The notes under the pieces are model-generated. The model worked only from the letters and a program-made list of their open reading frames with translations, was not told where the DNA came from and did not search any database. Position numbers and translations under genes: made by a program. Shown here piece after piece: positions 53,768 to 63,707 of a stretch of DNA of 64,000 bases. The DNA comes from Caldisericia bacterium (lineage in GTDB: Bacteria > Caldisericota > Caldisericia > JAAYUI01), in assembly GCA_017999835.1 (NCBI GenBank), contig JAGNLA010000003.1, forward strand, positions 30,292-94,291. Direction: 5' to 3'. Numbering within the stretch: the stretch's first letter is position 1; each line of letters starts with the position of its first letter.

Positions 53768-54904
53768 ATGGGTGAAAAATTCCAGAATAAACTATCTGAT
53801 CAGCAAATGATGTTGAGAAAAACTCCTCGGGAAGATGACAAGTTCGGAATCAGAGGAGTGTATTCAAGGGATTTGACAGCAATAATTCATTCAAGAGCTT
53901 TTCAAAGACTTAAGCATAAGACTCAACTTTTCTTCCACCCTCAGAATGATCATATTTGTACAAGAATGGAACACTCGTTGTACGTAGCATCAATTGCTAA
54001 TACTGTTTGTGAAAATCTCGGATTGAACGGAACTTTAGCTCAAGCCATGGCAATGGGTCATGATTTAGGTCACCCTCCATTTGGGCATGAAGGCGAAATA
54101 ATCATCCAAAAATTATTCAATGATTTAGGCGACTTTAAACATGCTAAGCATAGCATTCGAGTAGTAGATCAAATTGAGTTTTATGGGAGAGGTATAAATC
54201 TAACATATGCCGTAAGAAATGGAATAATAGCTCATAGCGGAGAAAGTGATATAAGACTATTTAAAATTCCTGAGAATATTGAAGAAGAATTTTTAAAAGA
54301 GACAATTTCTGACAAAACGCTTACATGGGAAGCTTGTGTTGTAAAAGTATGCGATAGAATAGCGTTTATTGGGCGAGACCTTGAAGACGCAATTTTGTCA
54401 GGTGTGATAGAAGAAAAAGAAATCCCAGATGAATTCAGAAACAGTTTAGGACATAAAAATGGAGAAATTATTGATAGGCTTGTTAGAGATGTTATCGATA
54501 ATTCTTTAAAAGAGGGTCAGATTGGATATTCTGAAGATATTCATCGATTTCTAACAAATCTTTATCGCTTCGAGATAGAAAACATATACAATTCCGAACT
54601 AAAACAGAGATGGCGCAAATATGTAGAATGTGTTTTATCAACGCTTAAAGATTTTTATTCTACAATTATTAATAAGTATCAGGCAGACACAGAGGCGTAT
54701 AAAAGAAATGAATCCGAAGTTGTTAGAGCATTCGGAAAGTATATTTCTATGCTTCAAACACAATACTTGAGAGATGGTATGCTTATAAGACCTCAGCAAA
54801 TAATTATGGATTATATTGTAGGAATGTCAGACCGATTCGCTCTAGATACTATGGATCGGATATTGCACATGGGTATATCAGGATTTGGTAGGGTGGTATT
54901 CTGA
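53768..54904 (+). CDS. dgt: dGTPase-like HD-domain deoxynucleoside triphosphate triphosphohydrolase (Dgt family); AT-rich gene
   Basis: ICTRMEHSLYVASIANTVCENLGL...AMAMGHDLGHPPFGHEGE is the Dgt signature; 378 aa. GC is clearly lower than the adjacent valS. Confidence 0.75.
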   Translation: MGEKFQNKLSDQQMMLRKTPREDDKFGIRGVYSRDLTAIIHSRAFQRLKHKTQLFFHPQNDHICTRMEHSLYVASIANTVCENLGLNGTLAQAMAMGHDLGHPPFGHEGEIIIQKLFNDLGDFKHAKHSIRVVDQIEFYGRGINLTYAVRNGIIAHSGESDIRLFKIPENIEEEFLKETISDKTLTWEACVVKVCDRIAFIGRDLEDAILSGVIEEKEIPDEFRNSLGHKNGEIIDRLVRDVIDNSLKEGQIGYSEDIHRFLTNLYRFEIENIYNSELKQRWRKYVECVLSTLKDFYSTIINKYQADTEAYKRNESEVVRAFGKYISMLQTQYLRDGMLIRPQQIIMDYIVGMSDRFALDTMDRILHMGISGFGRVVF

Positions 54905-54998
54905 TATTGGTTTGCAAACTAATGCTTCGTCAATAATCCTTGACAGCCTTCAAAAGGTGTGGCAAAATCAAGTTTTTAACACGCTTTTGGAGGCTATT

Positions 54999-57608
54999 AT
55001 GATGGATGCGGCATACGACCCCAAAAAGGTCGAGGAAAAGATTTACAAGTTTTGGATGGATGGCAAATGGTTCCACTCCGAAGTGGACGAAACCAAAAAG
55101 CCGTTTGTCATAATGATGCCGCTGCCAAACGTTACCGGTGTTTTGCACACCGGCCACGCACTAAACAACAGCTTTCAGGACTGCCTGACGCGCTACCACC
55201 GCATGAAGGGCGAGAACGCCCTCTACCTGCCTGGTCAAGATCATGCAGGTGTTGCAACTCAGATTGTTGTTGAGAAGGAACTCTTCAAAACCGAAAAAAA
55301 ATCACGTTTTGACATCGGTCGCGAAGCGTTTGTCAAAAAAGTCTGGGAGTGGAAGGAACAAAAAGGTCAGGTAATCCTTGGCCAGCAGAAGTGCCTTGGC
55401 ATCTCTCCAGACTGGGACAGATTCACCTTCACCATGGACGAAAGCTACCAGAAGGCTGTCCGAGAAACTTTCTGCCACTACTATGAAAAAGGCTACATCT
55501 ACAGGGGCAAGAAGGTTATCAACTGGTGTCCACACTGCAGAACCGTAATTTCTGACATTGAGGTCGAGCATGAGGACAAGGATTCCCATCTGTGGCACAT
55601 CAGGTATCCTTTTGCGGATAATCCTGAGGATGGTTTGATTGTTGCAACAACAAGACCGGAGACCATGTTTGGCGACATCGCTGTTGCAGTCAACCCAAAC
55701 GATGAAAGGTACACAAAACTTGTTGGCAAATCCGTAATATTGCCGGTTGCCAACCGTGAAATAAAGATAATTGCAGACGAATACGTTGACATGGAGTTTG
55801 GAACAGGTTGCGTCAAGATAACCCCAGCCCACGATTTCAATGACTTTGAAGTCGGCAAGCGCCACAACCTTGAAATGCCAATCATCATGGGTCCAGACGG
55901 CAAGATGATAAACGTCCCGCAAAAATACATGGGTCTTGCCATGCTCGAGGCTCGCGATGTCATCGTCAAGGAGCTTGAGCAGCTGGGCTTGCTTGTAAAA
56001 ATTGAAGACCACAAGAACGCAGTCGGCAGGCACGACAAGTGCAAAACCACGGTTGAGCCTCTGCTTTCCGACCAGCTGTTCCTTTCAATGAAAAAACTTG
56101 CCCAACCAGCTGTTTCAGAAGTCAAAGACGGAAAGATAAAGTTCATTCCTGACAGATGGTCAAAAGTCTATTTTGACTGGATGGAAAACATCTTAGACTG
56201 GCCAATATCACGCCAGTGCTGGTGGGGTCACAGGATTCCAATATTCTACTGTGATGCTTGTGGACACGAGTTTGTTTCAAGAACCGATGTCGACAAGTGT
56301 CCAAAATGTGGCGGAAAAGTCAGACAGGATGAAGATTGTCTCGACACCTGGTTCAGTTCTGCCATCTGGCCGTTTGCCACCCTTGGCTGGCCGGAAAAAA
56401 CAAAAGAACTTGAATACTACTACCCTGGAACAGTGCTTTTAACTGGTTACGACATCATCTTCTTCTGGGTTGCTAGGATGATCTTCTCTGGGCTTGAATT
56501 TATGGGAGACCGTCCGTTTGAGTACGTCTATATGACTGGTCTTATCAGGGACGAAAAGGGTCGCAAGATGAGCAAGTCCCTCCAGAACGCCATCGATCCG
56601 ATGGATGTCATCGACAAATACGGCGCTGACGCACTCAGATTCACGCTGGCCTACATAGCAACCCAGGGCGGACAGGACATCAACCTTGGTGACCGCGTGC
56701 TCACAGAAGGCAGAAACTTCATAAACAAACTCTGGAACGCGTCGAGATTCACCACCATGAACCTTGAAGGTTTCACCGACGGACCGATAGAAAATCCAAA
56801 CTTTGCCGACCGATGGATACTGTCTAAAACTAACGAAGTCATATCAGAAGTAACCAAATGTCTTGATGAGTATGACATTTCTAAAGCAGCAAGAGTGCTG
56901 TTCGACTTCTTCTGGTCAGACTTCTGCGACTGGTACATCGAGCTGTCAAAGCTCCCGCTCCAGCAGGAAGAGTCAAAGCTTCGCACCCAGCGAGTGCTTT
57001 ACAAGGTTTTGGATGCTACGCTCAAGATGCTTCACCCAATTGCGCCGTTTGTCACCGAGGAAATCTGGCAGAAAATTCCGCACACAGGCGATACCATCAT
57101 GATGGCATCCTGGCCAAAGGCCCAAGATTTTATGCACGATCAGACTTCCATGGATGAGATGGCTGCAGTGCAAAGCTCAATCAAGGCCATCAGAAACCTC
57201 AAGGCACAGCTTCGTGTCCATGCAGCCGTTGTTCCTTGCTCATACTGGGCTCCAGATGCCGAACGAAAAACCCTAGAACGCGAGAAAGATTCTATAATCA
57301 AGCTTGCCAGAGTCGAAGGTTTCGGATTCGCCCAGACAAAACCCGAAGGTTGTGTGGTTGCAGTTTCTGGACAGATGAAGTTCTATCTTGATCTTGCAGG
57401 TAGAATCGACATTGCCGAAGAGAAAAAGAGAATTCAAAACACTGTAGAAAAGAACAACGCAGAGCTGGCAAAGATTGATGCTCTACTTGGCAATCCGGAT
57501 TTTGTCAAACGCGCGCCAGAAGACATAATTGAAAAGAATGAGGACAAGAGAACCGAATTGAAAGCTGAACTTGCAAACCTTGCCGAACTGATGGAGTCGC
57601 TCTCATAA
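54999..57608 (+). CDS. valS: valine--tRNA ligase
   Basis: HIGH motif PNVTGVLHTGHA; KMSKS motif; CP1 editing domain; C-terminal coiled coil; ~869 aa from ATG 54999 (GGAGG SD). The ORF track start at 54885 overlaps dgt and is unlikely. Confidence 0.9.
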   Translation: MMDAAYDPKKVEEKIYKFWMDGKWFHSEVDETKKPFVIMMPLPNVTGVLHTGHALNNSFQDCLTRYHRMKGENALYLPGQDHAGVATQIVVEKELFKTEKKSRFDIGREAFVKKVWEWKEQKGQVILGQQKCLGISPDWDRFTFTMDESYQKAVRETFCHYYEKGYIYRGKKVINWCPHCRTVISDIEVEHEDKDSHLWHIRYPFADNPEDGLIVATTRPETMFGDIAVAVNPNDERYTKLVGKSVILPVANREIKIIADEYVDMEFGTGCVKITPAHDFNDFEVGKRHNLEMPIIMGPDGKMINVPQKYMGLAMLEARDVIVKELEQLGLLVKIEDHKNAVGRHDKCKTTVEPLLSDQLFLSMKKLAQPAVSEVKDGKIKFIPDRWSKVYFDWMENILDWPISRQCWWGHRIPIFYCDACGHEFVSRTDVDKCPKCGGKVRQDEDCLDTWFSSAIWPFATLGWPEKTKELEYYYPGTVLLTGYDIIFFWVARMIFSGLEFMGDRPFEYVYMTGLIRDEKGRKMSKSLQNAIDPMDVIDKYGADALRFTLAYIATQGGQDINLGDRVLTEGRNFINKLWNASRFTTMNLEGFTDGPIENPNFADRWILSKTNEVISEVTKCLDEYDISKAARVLFDFFWSDFCDWYIELSKLPLQQEESKLRTQRVLYKVLDATLKMLHPIAPFVTEEIWQKIPHTGDTIMMASWPKAQDFMHDQTSMDEMAAVQSSIKAIRNLKAQLRVHAAVVPCSYWAPDAERKTLEREKDSIIKLARVEGFGFAQTKPEGCVVAVSGQMKFYLDLAGRIDIAEEKKRIQNTVEKNNAELAKIDALLGNPDFVKRAPEDIIEKNEDKRTELKAELANLAELMESLS

Positions 57609-58921
57609 TGAACTACTGTGACGCACTCGATTTCCTGGGTAGCCTTCAGTTTCTTGGCAGCAAGCTTGGACTAGAAAGGGTCAGGCAACTCCTTGCTGCT
57701 GTGGGCAACCCTCAGGAAAAGATAAAAACCGTACACATTGCCGGATCAAAAGGCAAAGGCTCAACATCAATGTTTATCGACAACATCCTCCAGGCTGCAG
57801 GATATAAGGTTGGCTTGTTTACCAGCCCACACCTGCAGTCAATTCGGGAGAGAATAAGGCTCAACGGTGAGATGATAAGCACAGGCGAGTTTTCCGACAT
57901 GATTGCCGAGGTGGCAGCCGCCGACGCAAAGCTCAAACATGGCGAACTTGGCCCGGCAACGTTCTTCGAGGTGATGACCGTTTCAGCCTTCCTGTATTTC
58001 CTGAGAGCCAAAGTTGACATCGCTGTTTTTGAGGTTGGCCTGGGCGGCAGGCTGGATGCGACAAACGTAATCGTTAAACCTGAAGTGTGCGTTATCACAC
58101 CTATCTCTTACGAACATACACAAATACTTGGCAAAACCCTTGATCTGATAGCCAGGGAAAAAGCTGGGATTATCAAGGACGGTGTGCCTGTTGTTTCGGC
58201 AAGGCAGAGAAAGAATGCCGAAGATGCCATTCGTGATGTGGCAAGCTCAAAAAATGCACCAATTGTTTTCCAAAACAAGGATTTTGATTATGTCGATCAG
58301 GGTTGTATTTACTCAGGTCAGATGATGGATTACGAAGATAAAGATCAACAAATTAAGCACATGATCGTTCCTTTGCTTGGCGAACATCAGCTTCAGAATG
58401 CATCTTTGGCTTGTAAAACGACAATTGCGCTTCGCTCAAGAGGATTCAATGTCACAGATGATGCCATTCGAACCGGTATCGCCAACACCTTCTGGCCGGG
58501 TCGCATGGAATTGATTATGGAAAGTCCGTTGATTATTATTGATGGTGCTCATAATGGCGCATCGGCTGAGGCTCTTGCTCATGCCCTGAAAAAACATTGC
58601 GCATGTCCGAAGTTTACTTTTGTTATCGGCATGCTTAGAGATAAGGATACGAGAAGATTTATCAGGTCGATTGGGCCGATTTCCAACATGATATATGCAA
58701 CAACTCCAGATTCACCAAGGAGTCTTGACCCCAATGTTTTGGCTCAACGTTTTCGAAAGGCCTATTTTGATGCAAAAGTTGTAGAAAATCCAACTGACGC
58801 ACTCCTGGAGGCAATAGATCGTACTCCTCCTGATGGATGTGTGGTTATTACAGGATCGCTTTATCTTGTTGCGCAAATGAGAACAGCTCTGGGCAGATTT
58901 CATCTTGCAAAACCAAGATGA
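57608..58921 (+). CDS. folC: bifunctional folylpolyglutamate synthase / dihydrofolate synthase
   Basis: Mur-ligase P-loop HIAGSKGKGST; 437 aa; the classic valS-folC arrangement (stop/start overlap). Confidence 0.85.
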   Translation: MNYCDALDFLGSLQFLGSKLGLERVRQLLAAVGNPQEKIKTVHIAGSKGKGSTSMFIDNILQAAGYKVGLFTSPHLQSIRERIRLNGEMISTGEFSDMIAEVAAADAKLKHGELGPATFFEVMTVSAFLYFLRAKVDIAVFEVGLGGRLDATNVIVKPEVCVITPISYEHTQILGKTLDLIAREKAGIIKDGVPVVSARQRKNAEDAIRDVASSKNAPIVFQNKDFDYVDQGCIYSGQMMDYEDKDQQIKHMIVPLLGEHQLQNASLACKTTIALRSRGFNVTDDAIRTGIANTFWPGRMELIMESPLIIIDGAHNGASAEALAHALKKHCACPKFTFVIGMLRDKDTRRFIRSIGPISNMIYATTPDSPRSLDPNVLAQRFRKAYFDAKVVENPTDALLEAIDRTPPDGCVVITGSLYLVAQMRTALGRFHLAKPR

Positions 58922-58950
58922 AAACGTTAGAATCCCACACGGAGGTATTG

Positions 58951-59528
58951 TGAAAAAGATAGTTTTATTGTTTGCGGTTGTCATGCTGGTCGTTATACCT
59001 TGTTTTTCTGCTTTTGCCGAAACTGGAACAGATCCATCCAAACCTGAAGAAATAAAAACAGAAACTACTCCTCCGCCGGCTGATGACAGCTCGGATATCT
59101 TCTCTACGCTTTCCAAATCTGTTGCAATGATCGGCAATTTTTTACCATATCTGCTTTTCTGTACCGTGGGCATCATTGCACTGTGGGTCTTTTTTGATGC
59201 ATCAAGAAGAACTAAATACGGTTGGATATGGGGCATCGCTTCGCTACTGGTTATTCCGTGGATTGTTTATGTAATCTGGAGACCACAGTATACCATTGAA
59301 GAGAAGAAGATGCTTGAGGCTGATGAAGATCTCAGAAGAATCGAACACGATTACTACCAGTATGTTCTTACAAAGGAAAAACATATCTGCTCGGTTTGTG
59401 GAACACCACTTGAAAGCGATTACAAGATTTGCCCCAACTGCTACACTGAAGTGAAAAAAACATGCCCCAAATGCGGCAAGCCTCTCGAACTCGACTGGAA
59501 AGTCTGCCCATATTGCGGTAATCGTTAA
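58951..59528 (+). CDS. membrane protein with an N-terminal TM region and a C-terminal double zinc-ribbon
   Basis: GTG start after a GGAGG SD (preferred over ATG 58905, which overlaps folC). Zinc ribbon CSVCGTPLESDYKICPNCYTEVKKTCPKCGKPLELDWKVCPYCGN. Confidence 0.5.
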
Positions 59529-59536
59529 TTCGAGAT

Positions 59537-62134
59537 TTGATTTTAAGGAGGATGATGAGAAAACTTGTTCTGTTGTCTCTGTGTGTCATAGTGGCTCTAC
59601 CGCTTTCAATTTTTGGTGCGGAGACATCCTATACCTTTAGACAAACTGTTGAAGTTGTCGAGACTGCTGGCGTCCAAAGATTATCATATCCAGTAAGCTT
59701 GAATCTTCCTGCCAAGAACATCTCATCAAACCTCAACGATATAAGAATATGTGACGACAAGGGAACAATGCAGCTCTATGAAATCGCCGGCCGAACGGAT
59801 TCGGTTGTATCAATAAGACTGCCGGTTGATCTTGCACCAAACCAGAAAAAAACTTTTCATGCGTATTTTGGCAATAAATCAGCGGAAGAACCCAAAACTT
59901 TCTTTGGTGGCGTCCAACAGTATGTAGGTATGAAATTTGTCACCTATGCCTGGGGAACGGTCAAGATTTCGTCGTACTCAAAGAACAACACCATCACCAT
60001 CACCGACAACTCAAACAGAATGATAAGGGATGTAGACAACAATAAAGTTGCCCAGGAGATCTACAACGCAGGTACGGTCAGAACCTTTACGCTTGCTGCT
60101 CCGACCATGCTCAAGATTTCATGTACAGGCCTTGCCTCTGTTGCTGTCGGTAATTTCAATGCCGAGGAAACTGACAGCGATGCCCTTATTTCTGGAAACA
60201 TACTTCTGTATGTGCCAAAATTTTTGGCAATAACAAGTTTTCATGGTGACAACAAAGTCCAAGTCTGGAATCGTGGTGAGATTGCCGAGGAGAAGATTCT
60301 CAATGCTGGCGAATCACTTGTGTTCGATGGCATTCCGTCGGGGTTTCGGAGAATCGTAGCTACAAACGAGTGTTTGATTCAGTATGGAACGGCATCAGCA
60401 TACTCACTTTTTGCCGTCCCTGGCAGAGGAAGCGTTTACAGATTCCTCCCGCTTGGCCCAGTCTCAATAACTGGTAGTGAAGGTACCGAAGTCGATATTG
60501 TTTATCCTGATGGCAAACCAGCTGACAAATATACGCTCTCGCAAAATCAGGTTGTTTTGCTCGATACAACATCTTATCTTGAAAATATTGGTACCGATAA
60601 AATCATTAAAGCCATTCAAATAATGTCTTCCAGGCCGATAACCGTCATTGGAACGGGTGGTGCAGGAGGACATGGCGCCACATACCTTTATGGCGATGAT
60701 GGGTATGGCATCACGAAATCATGGAATGCCACGACAGGTGACATTGACAAGGAAAACCCAGCTCCGAGAAACATCAGGTTGATTGCGCCATTCTCAAATT
60801 CTGTAATCGACGATGGATACGGGAATGGGGCCTTGTTCCCTGCCTTGCTTTCTGGCGGACTTGCCATCTCGCTCAAGGAATTCAGTGTTGGATATTCATT
60901 GATAAACCTGAGAATGAAAAACGAGAAATGCATGTTGTTCGATGGCAACCCTGAAGATTCCGCAACGTTCTTTCAGGTTCCCGTGCTGTCAGATCAAAGC
61001 GTTAAGGTCTCAGTACCAAAAACCGAACAAACAGAGGGTGGCTGGATTCCTGGCGCTCCTGCCAAAACCGAAGGCAAACCTGTCGATAGCAAAGGTGACG
61101 ACGATACCTCTGAATCTTGGATATCAAAGATTTTTTCTGCAATTGACCCAAGAAATAATCCGCTTGCTTTTGCATTGACACTTATTGGTCTGGCATTGGT
61201 TTTCATTCTCCTGGCCTCGATTTTTGTGGCCAGAAAAAAAGCAAGACAGACGATTGATTCTGAAATTGTTCATGATGAGCAGATGGACAATCTTGAACTA
61301 CCCAGAGAATCTGATGCTTCCGAATGTGACACCGAGCAACAGTACATTGAATCTGAAAAAATTCCGATGGAACCTGAACTAAGGCGCCAGCAACAACCTA
61401 AAAAAGCCGATTGGTTTGATATCATCCTTGATGGCAAGTCAAACCCAAATAACAACGGTCTGACCTTTAAGGCTCCAAAACTGAGAGCACCAAAGATTTC
61501 CCAACTCATGTCCGACAGCAAGCCTGGTGGGTATGCGTCTCCTGATAAGCATCAGCAGAAACAAATTGTTGAGCAGCCACCTGAGCACAAAGATGTGGAA
61601 AATGAACAAAAATCAGAGGCTCATGCTCAAGAATCTGAGCCACCCAATAACGTTCATCAAATTGAGCAGTTAGAACCAATCTCTGAGCCCAAACAAGAGC
61701 ATGTTGAACAACAAGAGTCAAACGCAAAATCTGAAATTGACAAGATCAATGTTGCCGAGTCAAAATCAAATCCTGTTGCAAAAAATCTCGCATATAAACT
61801 TTGCAATGAAGGTGTCGTCGCGGATCCTGGAGCCATCATGAGGCTTTACAAGGAAGACATGCTTGACATGTTCTCCAGAATCACGATTTCTCAGTCTGCT
61901 GCAGCCATTCTCCCACCGCACATTGCCAATATGCCAATATTTGAAAAAATACAGTTGGCTCCAAGAGAAAGCGATAAAGCAATAAAACTGGTGCAAGACC
62001 TGGGAATCTTCGAAGAGGTTGCCAAAGCGATTATTGTTGCAGAAAAGACCAACATGCCGAATTACTTGACAAGCGCAAAACTGCCTGAAAGGCTGAGAAA
62101 GCTAAAAATAACCAGCGTTGATTCCTTCTGCTAG
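59537..62134 (+). CDS. large bitopic protein: secreted beta-rich N-terminal domain (~530 aa), a single TM helix, and an acidic/Gln-rich cytoplasmic tail with a conserved C-terminal ~120-aa region
   Basis: Signal peptide MRKLVLLSLCVIVALPLSIFGAET. TM LAFALTLIGLALVFILLASIFVA followed by RKKARQ. Low-complexity QQ/E-rich stretch. No family recognised. Confidence 0.55.
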   Translation: MILRRMMRKLVLLSLCVIVALPLSIFGAETSYTFRQTVEVVETAGVQRLSYPVSLNLPAKNISSNLNDIRICDDKGTMQLYEIAGRTDSVVSIRLPVDLAPNQKKTFHAYFGNKSAEEPKTFFGGVQQYVGMKFVTYAWGTVKISSYSKNNTITITDNSNRMIRDVDNNKVAQEIYNAGTVRTFTLAAPTMLKISCTGLASVAVGNFNAEETDSDALISGNILLYVPKFLAITSFHGDNKVQVWNRGEIAEEKILNAGESLVFDGIPSGFRRIVATNECLIQYGTASAYSLFAVPGRGSVYRFLPLGPVSITGSEGTEVDIVYPDGKPADKYTLSQNQVVLLDTTSYLENIGTDKIIKAIQIMSSRPITVIGTGGAGGHGATYLYGDDGYGITKSWNATTGDIDKENPAPRNIRLIAPFSNSVIDDGYGNGALFPALLSGGLAISLKEFSVGYSLINLRMKNEKCMLFDGNPEDSATFFQVPVLSDQSVKVSVPKTEQTEGGWIPGAPAKTEGKPVDSKGDDDTSESWISKIFSAIDPRNNPLAFALTLIGLALVFILLASIFVARKKARQTIDSEIVHDEQMDNLELPRESDASECDTEQQYIESEKIPMEPELRRQQQPKKADWFDIILDGKSNPNNNGLTFKAPKLRAPKISQLMSDSKPGGYASPDKHQQKQIVEQPPEHKDVENEQKSEAHAQESEPPNNVHQIEQLEPISEPKQEHVEQQESNAKSEIDKINVAESKSNPVAKNLAYKLCNEGVVADPGAIMRLYKEDMLDMFSRITISQSAAAILPPHIANMPIFEKIQLAPRESDKAIKLVQDLGIFEEVAKAIIVAEKTNMPNYLTSAKLPERLRKLKITSVDSFC

Positions 62135-62140
62135 GAGGTT

Positions 62141-62653
62141 TTGATGGGTGACGAACTGACACAGTTGGCAAGAGAGGCTTTGACGGCCTGGATAACCCAA
62201 CACAAAAAGATTTCTCCCCCATCCCCCTTGCCTGAGTCTATGAATGCCAAAGCCGGGGTTTTTGTCTCCTTGCACATCGATGAAGACCTTCGAGGTTGCA
62301 TCGGCATCTTCAGACCAACAACAGACAACATTGCCTTTGAGATAATAGAGATGGCTATTGAGGCATCAACCCAGGATCCAAGGTTTCCGCCTGTGAGGGC
62401 AGCCGAGATTCCAAAACTGGATATCAGCGTCGATGTTTTGGGCGAGCCAGAATCAGTAGAATCGGCAAACCAGCTTGATCCAAAAATCTATGGGGTTATC
62501 GTTTCAAGCGGTTACAAACGTGGGCTGCTTTTGCCTGACCTTGAGGGTGTGGACACGGTTGAGCAGCAGGTTTCAATTGCCAAAAGAAAAGCAGGAATCT
62601 ACGGCAACGAGCAGGTGAAGCTACAGAGGTTTAGGGTTACAAGACATCATTAA
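62141..62653 (+). CDS. AMMECR1 domain protein
   Basis: GVFVSLHIDEDLRGCIGIFRP (the LRGCIG AMMECR1 signature); 170 aa; GGAGG SD. Confidence 0.8.
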   Translation: MMGDELTQLAREALTAWITQHKKISPPSPLPESMNAKAGVFVSLHIDEDLRGCIGIFRPTTDNIAFEIIEMAIEASTQDPRFPPVRAAEIPKLDISVDVLGEPESVESANQLDPKIYGVIVSSGYKRGLLLPDLEGVDTVEQQVSIAKRKAGIYGNEQVKLQRFRVTRHH

Positions 62654-62801
62654 ACACTGAATATAAAACAAATCTTCTTTTATTTAATATTATAACTAAT
62701 CTTTCGGAGAATTAATGTGTCCAATCATTTGAATGGTTCACCCTGCCTCTATTTACTAACTGTGCGTTTGAGGGTAAAATCATCCATTTGAAAGGAGTCA
62801 A

Positions 62802-63707
62802 ATGAAAAAAATAGTATCCATCAGCCTCGGTCAGAGCGCGCGTGACCATGAGTTTACAGCAGAGTTTCTTGGCGAAACATTTCTTATAAAACGCATAGGA
62901 ACCGACGGCGATGTGAAAAAAATGATGGATTTATACAAAGAAATGGACTCCGAAGTCGATGCATTCGGCATGGGTGGTGGCGACATCTATCTGCGTCCAG
63001 GTAAACGAACGTATATTCTTCGAGAACCTTACATGTGGTCAAAGGCTGCGCCAACCAAGCCGGTTTGTGATGGCGCATACCTAAAAGCTGTCCTTGAACC
63101 CAGAATTATAAACCAGAGCTTTGACAAGGGTTATCTTAAAAAAGACATGAAAGTCTGCGTCATGACGGCTGTCGACAGGTATTTCCTGGCAAAGGCGTTT
63201 GCCGATAGAGGTTGTAAATATATTTTGGGCGACATGCCATTCTCGCTTGGCATCCCGTGGGCTATCACGTCACTGAAGGTTATCAATGTTATAGCGTTTC
63301 TGCTTCTTCCAATCATTACAAAACTGCCATACAACTGGCTTTATCCGCTTGGCGAGAAACAGGACAAAATTGGAGAAAAGAAGAACAGATTCTTCAGGTG
63401 GGCCGATGTTGTGGCAGGAGACCTTCATTACATCAGGAAAAACCTGGATGTTGACATGAAAGGCAAGATCATCTGCACGAACACCACAACCACGAGAAAC
63501 ATCGAAGAATTCAAATCCCGTGGCGTCAAACGTGTTATCACTTTCACACCGAACATGAATGGAAGAACATTTGGCGCAAATGTCATGGAGGCGATGGTTG
63601 CTTCAATCATCGGCAAACATCCCAGGCAAACAACAGATAAAGAATACAACGATATTTTGGACAAATTGAATTTCAAACCAAATGTCATAGACCTACAGGA
63701 GGCTTGA
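62802..63707 (+). CDS. hypothetical protein (301 aa) with a glycine-rich GMGGGD loop; family not recognised
   Basis: AAGGAG SD; continuous ORF; one internal hydrophobic segment ([16 protein letters not shown]). No diagnostic motif identified. Confidence 0.45.
   Translation: MKKIVSISLGQSARDHEFTAEFLGETFLIKRIGTDGDVKKMMDLYKEMDSEVDAFGMGGGDIYLRPGKRTYILREPYMWSKAAPTKPVCDGAYLKAVLEPRIINQSFDKGYLKKDMKVCVMTAVDRYFLAKAFADRGCKYILGDMPFSLGIPWAITSLKVINVIAFLLLPIITKLPYNWLYPLGEKQDKIGEKKNRFFRWADVVAGDLHYIRKNLDVDMKGKIICTNTTTTRNIEEFKSRGVKRVITFTPNMNGRTFGANVMEAMVASIIGKHPRQTTDKEYNDILDKLNFKPNVIDLQEA

Noticed and set aside
54885-54998. The ORF-track start of valS at 54885 and of dnaN at 21083, 5' extensions with non-conserved leader peptides
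   Set aside because: The extensions overlap upstream genes or lack an SD. Internal ATGs (54999; 21023) have GGAGG SDs and give canonical protein lengths.
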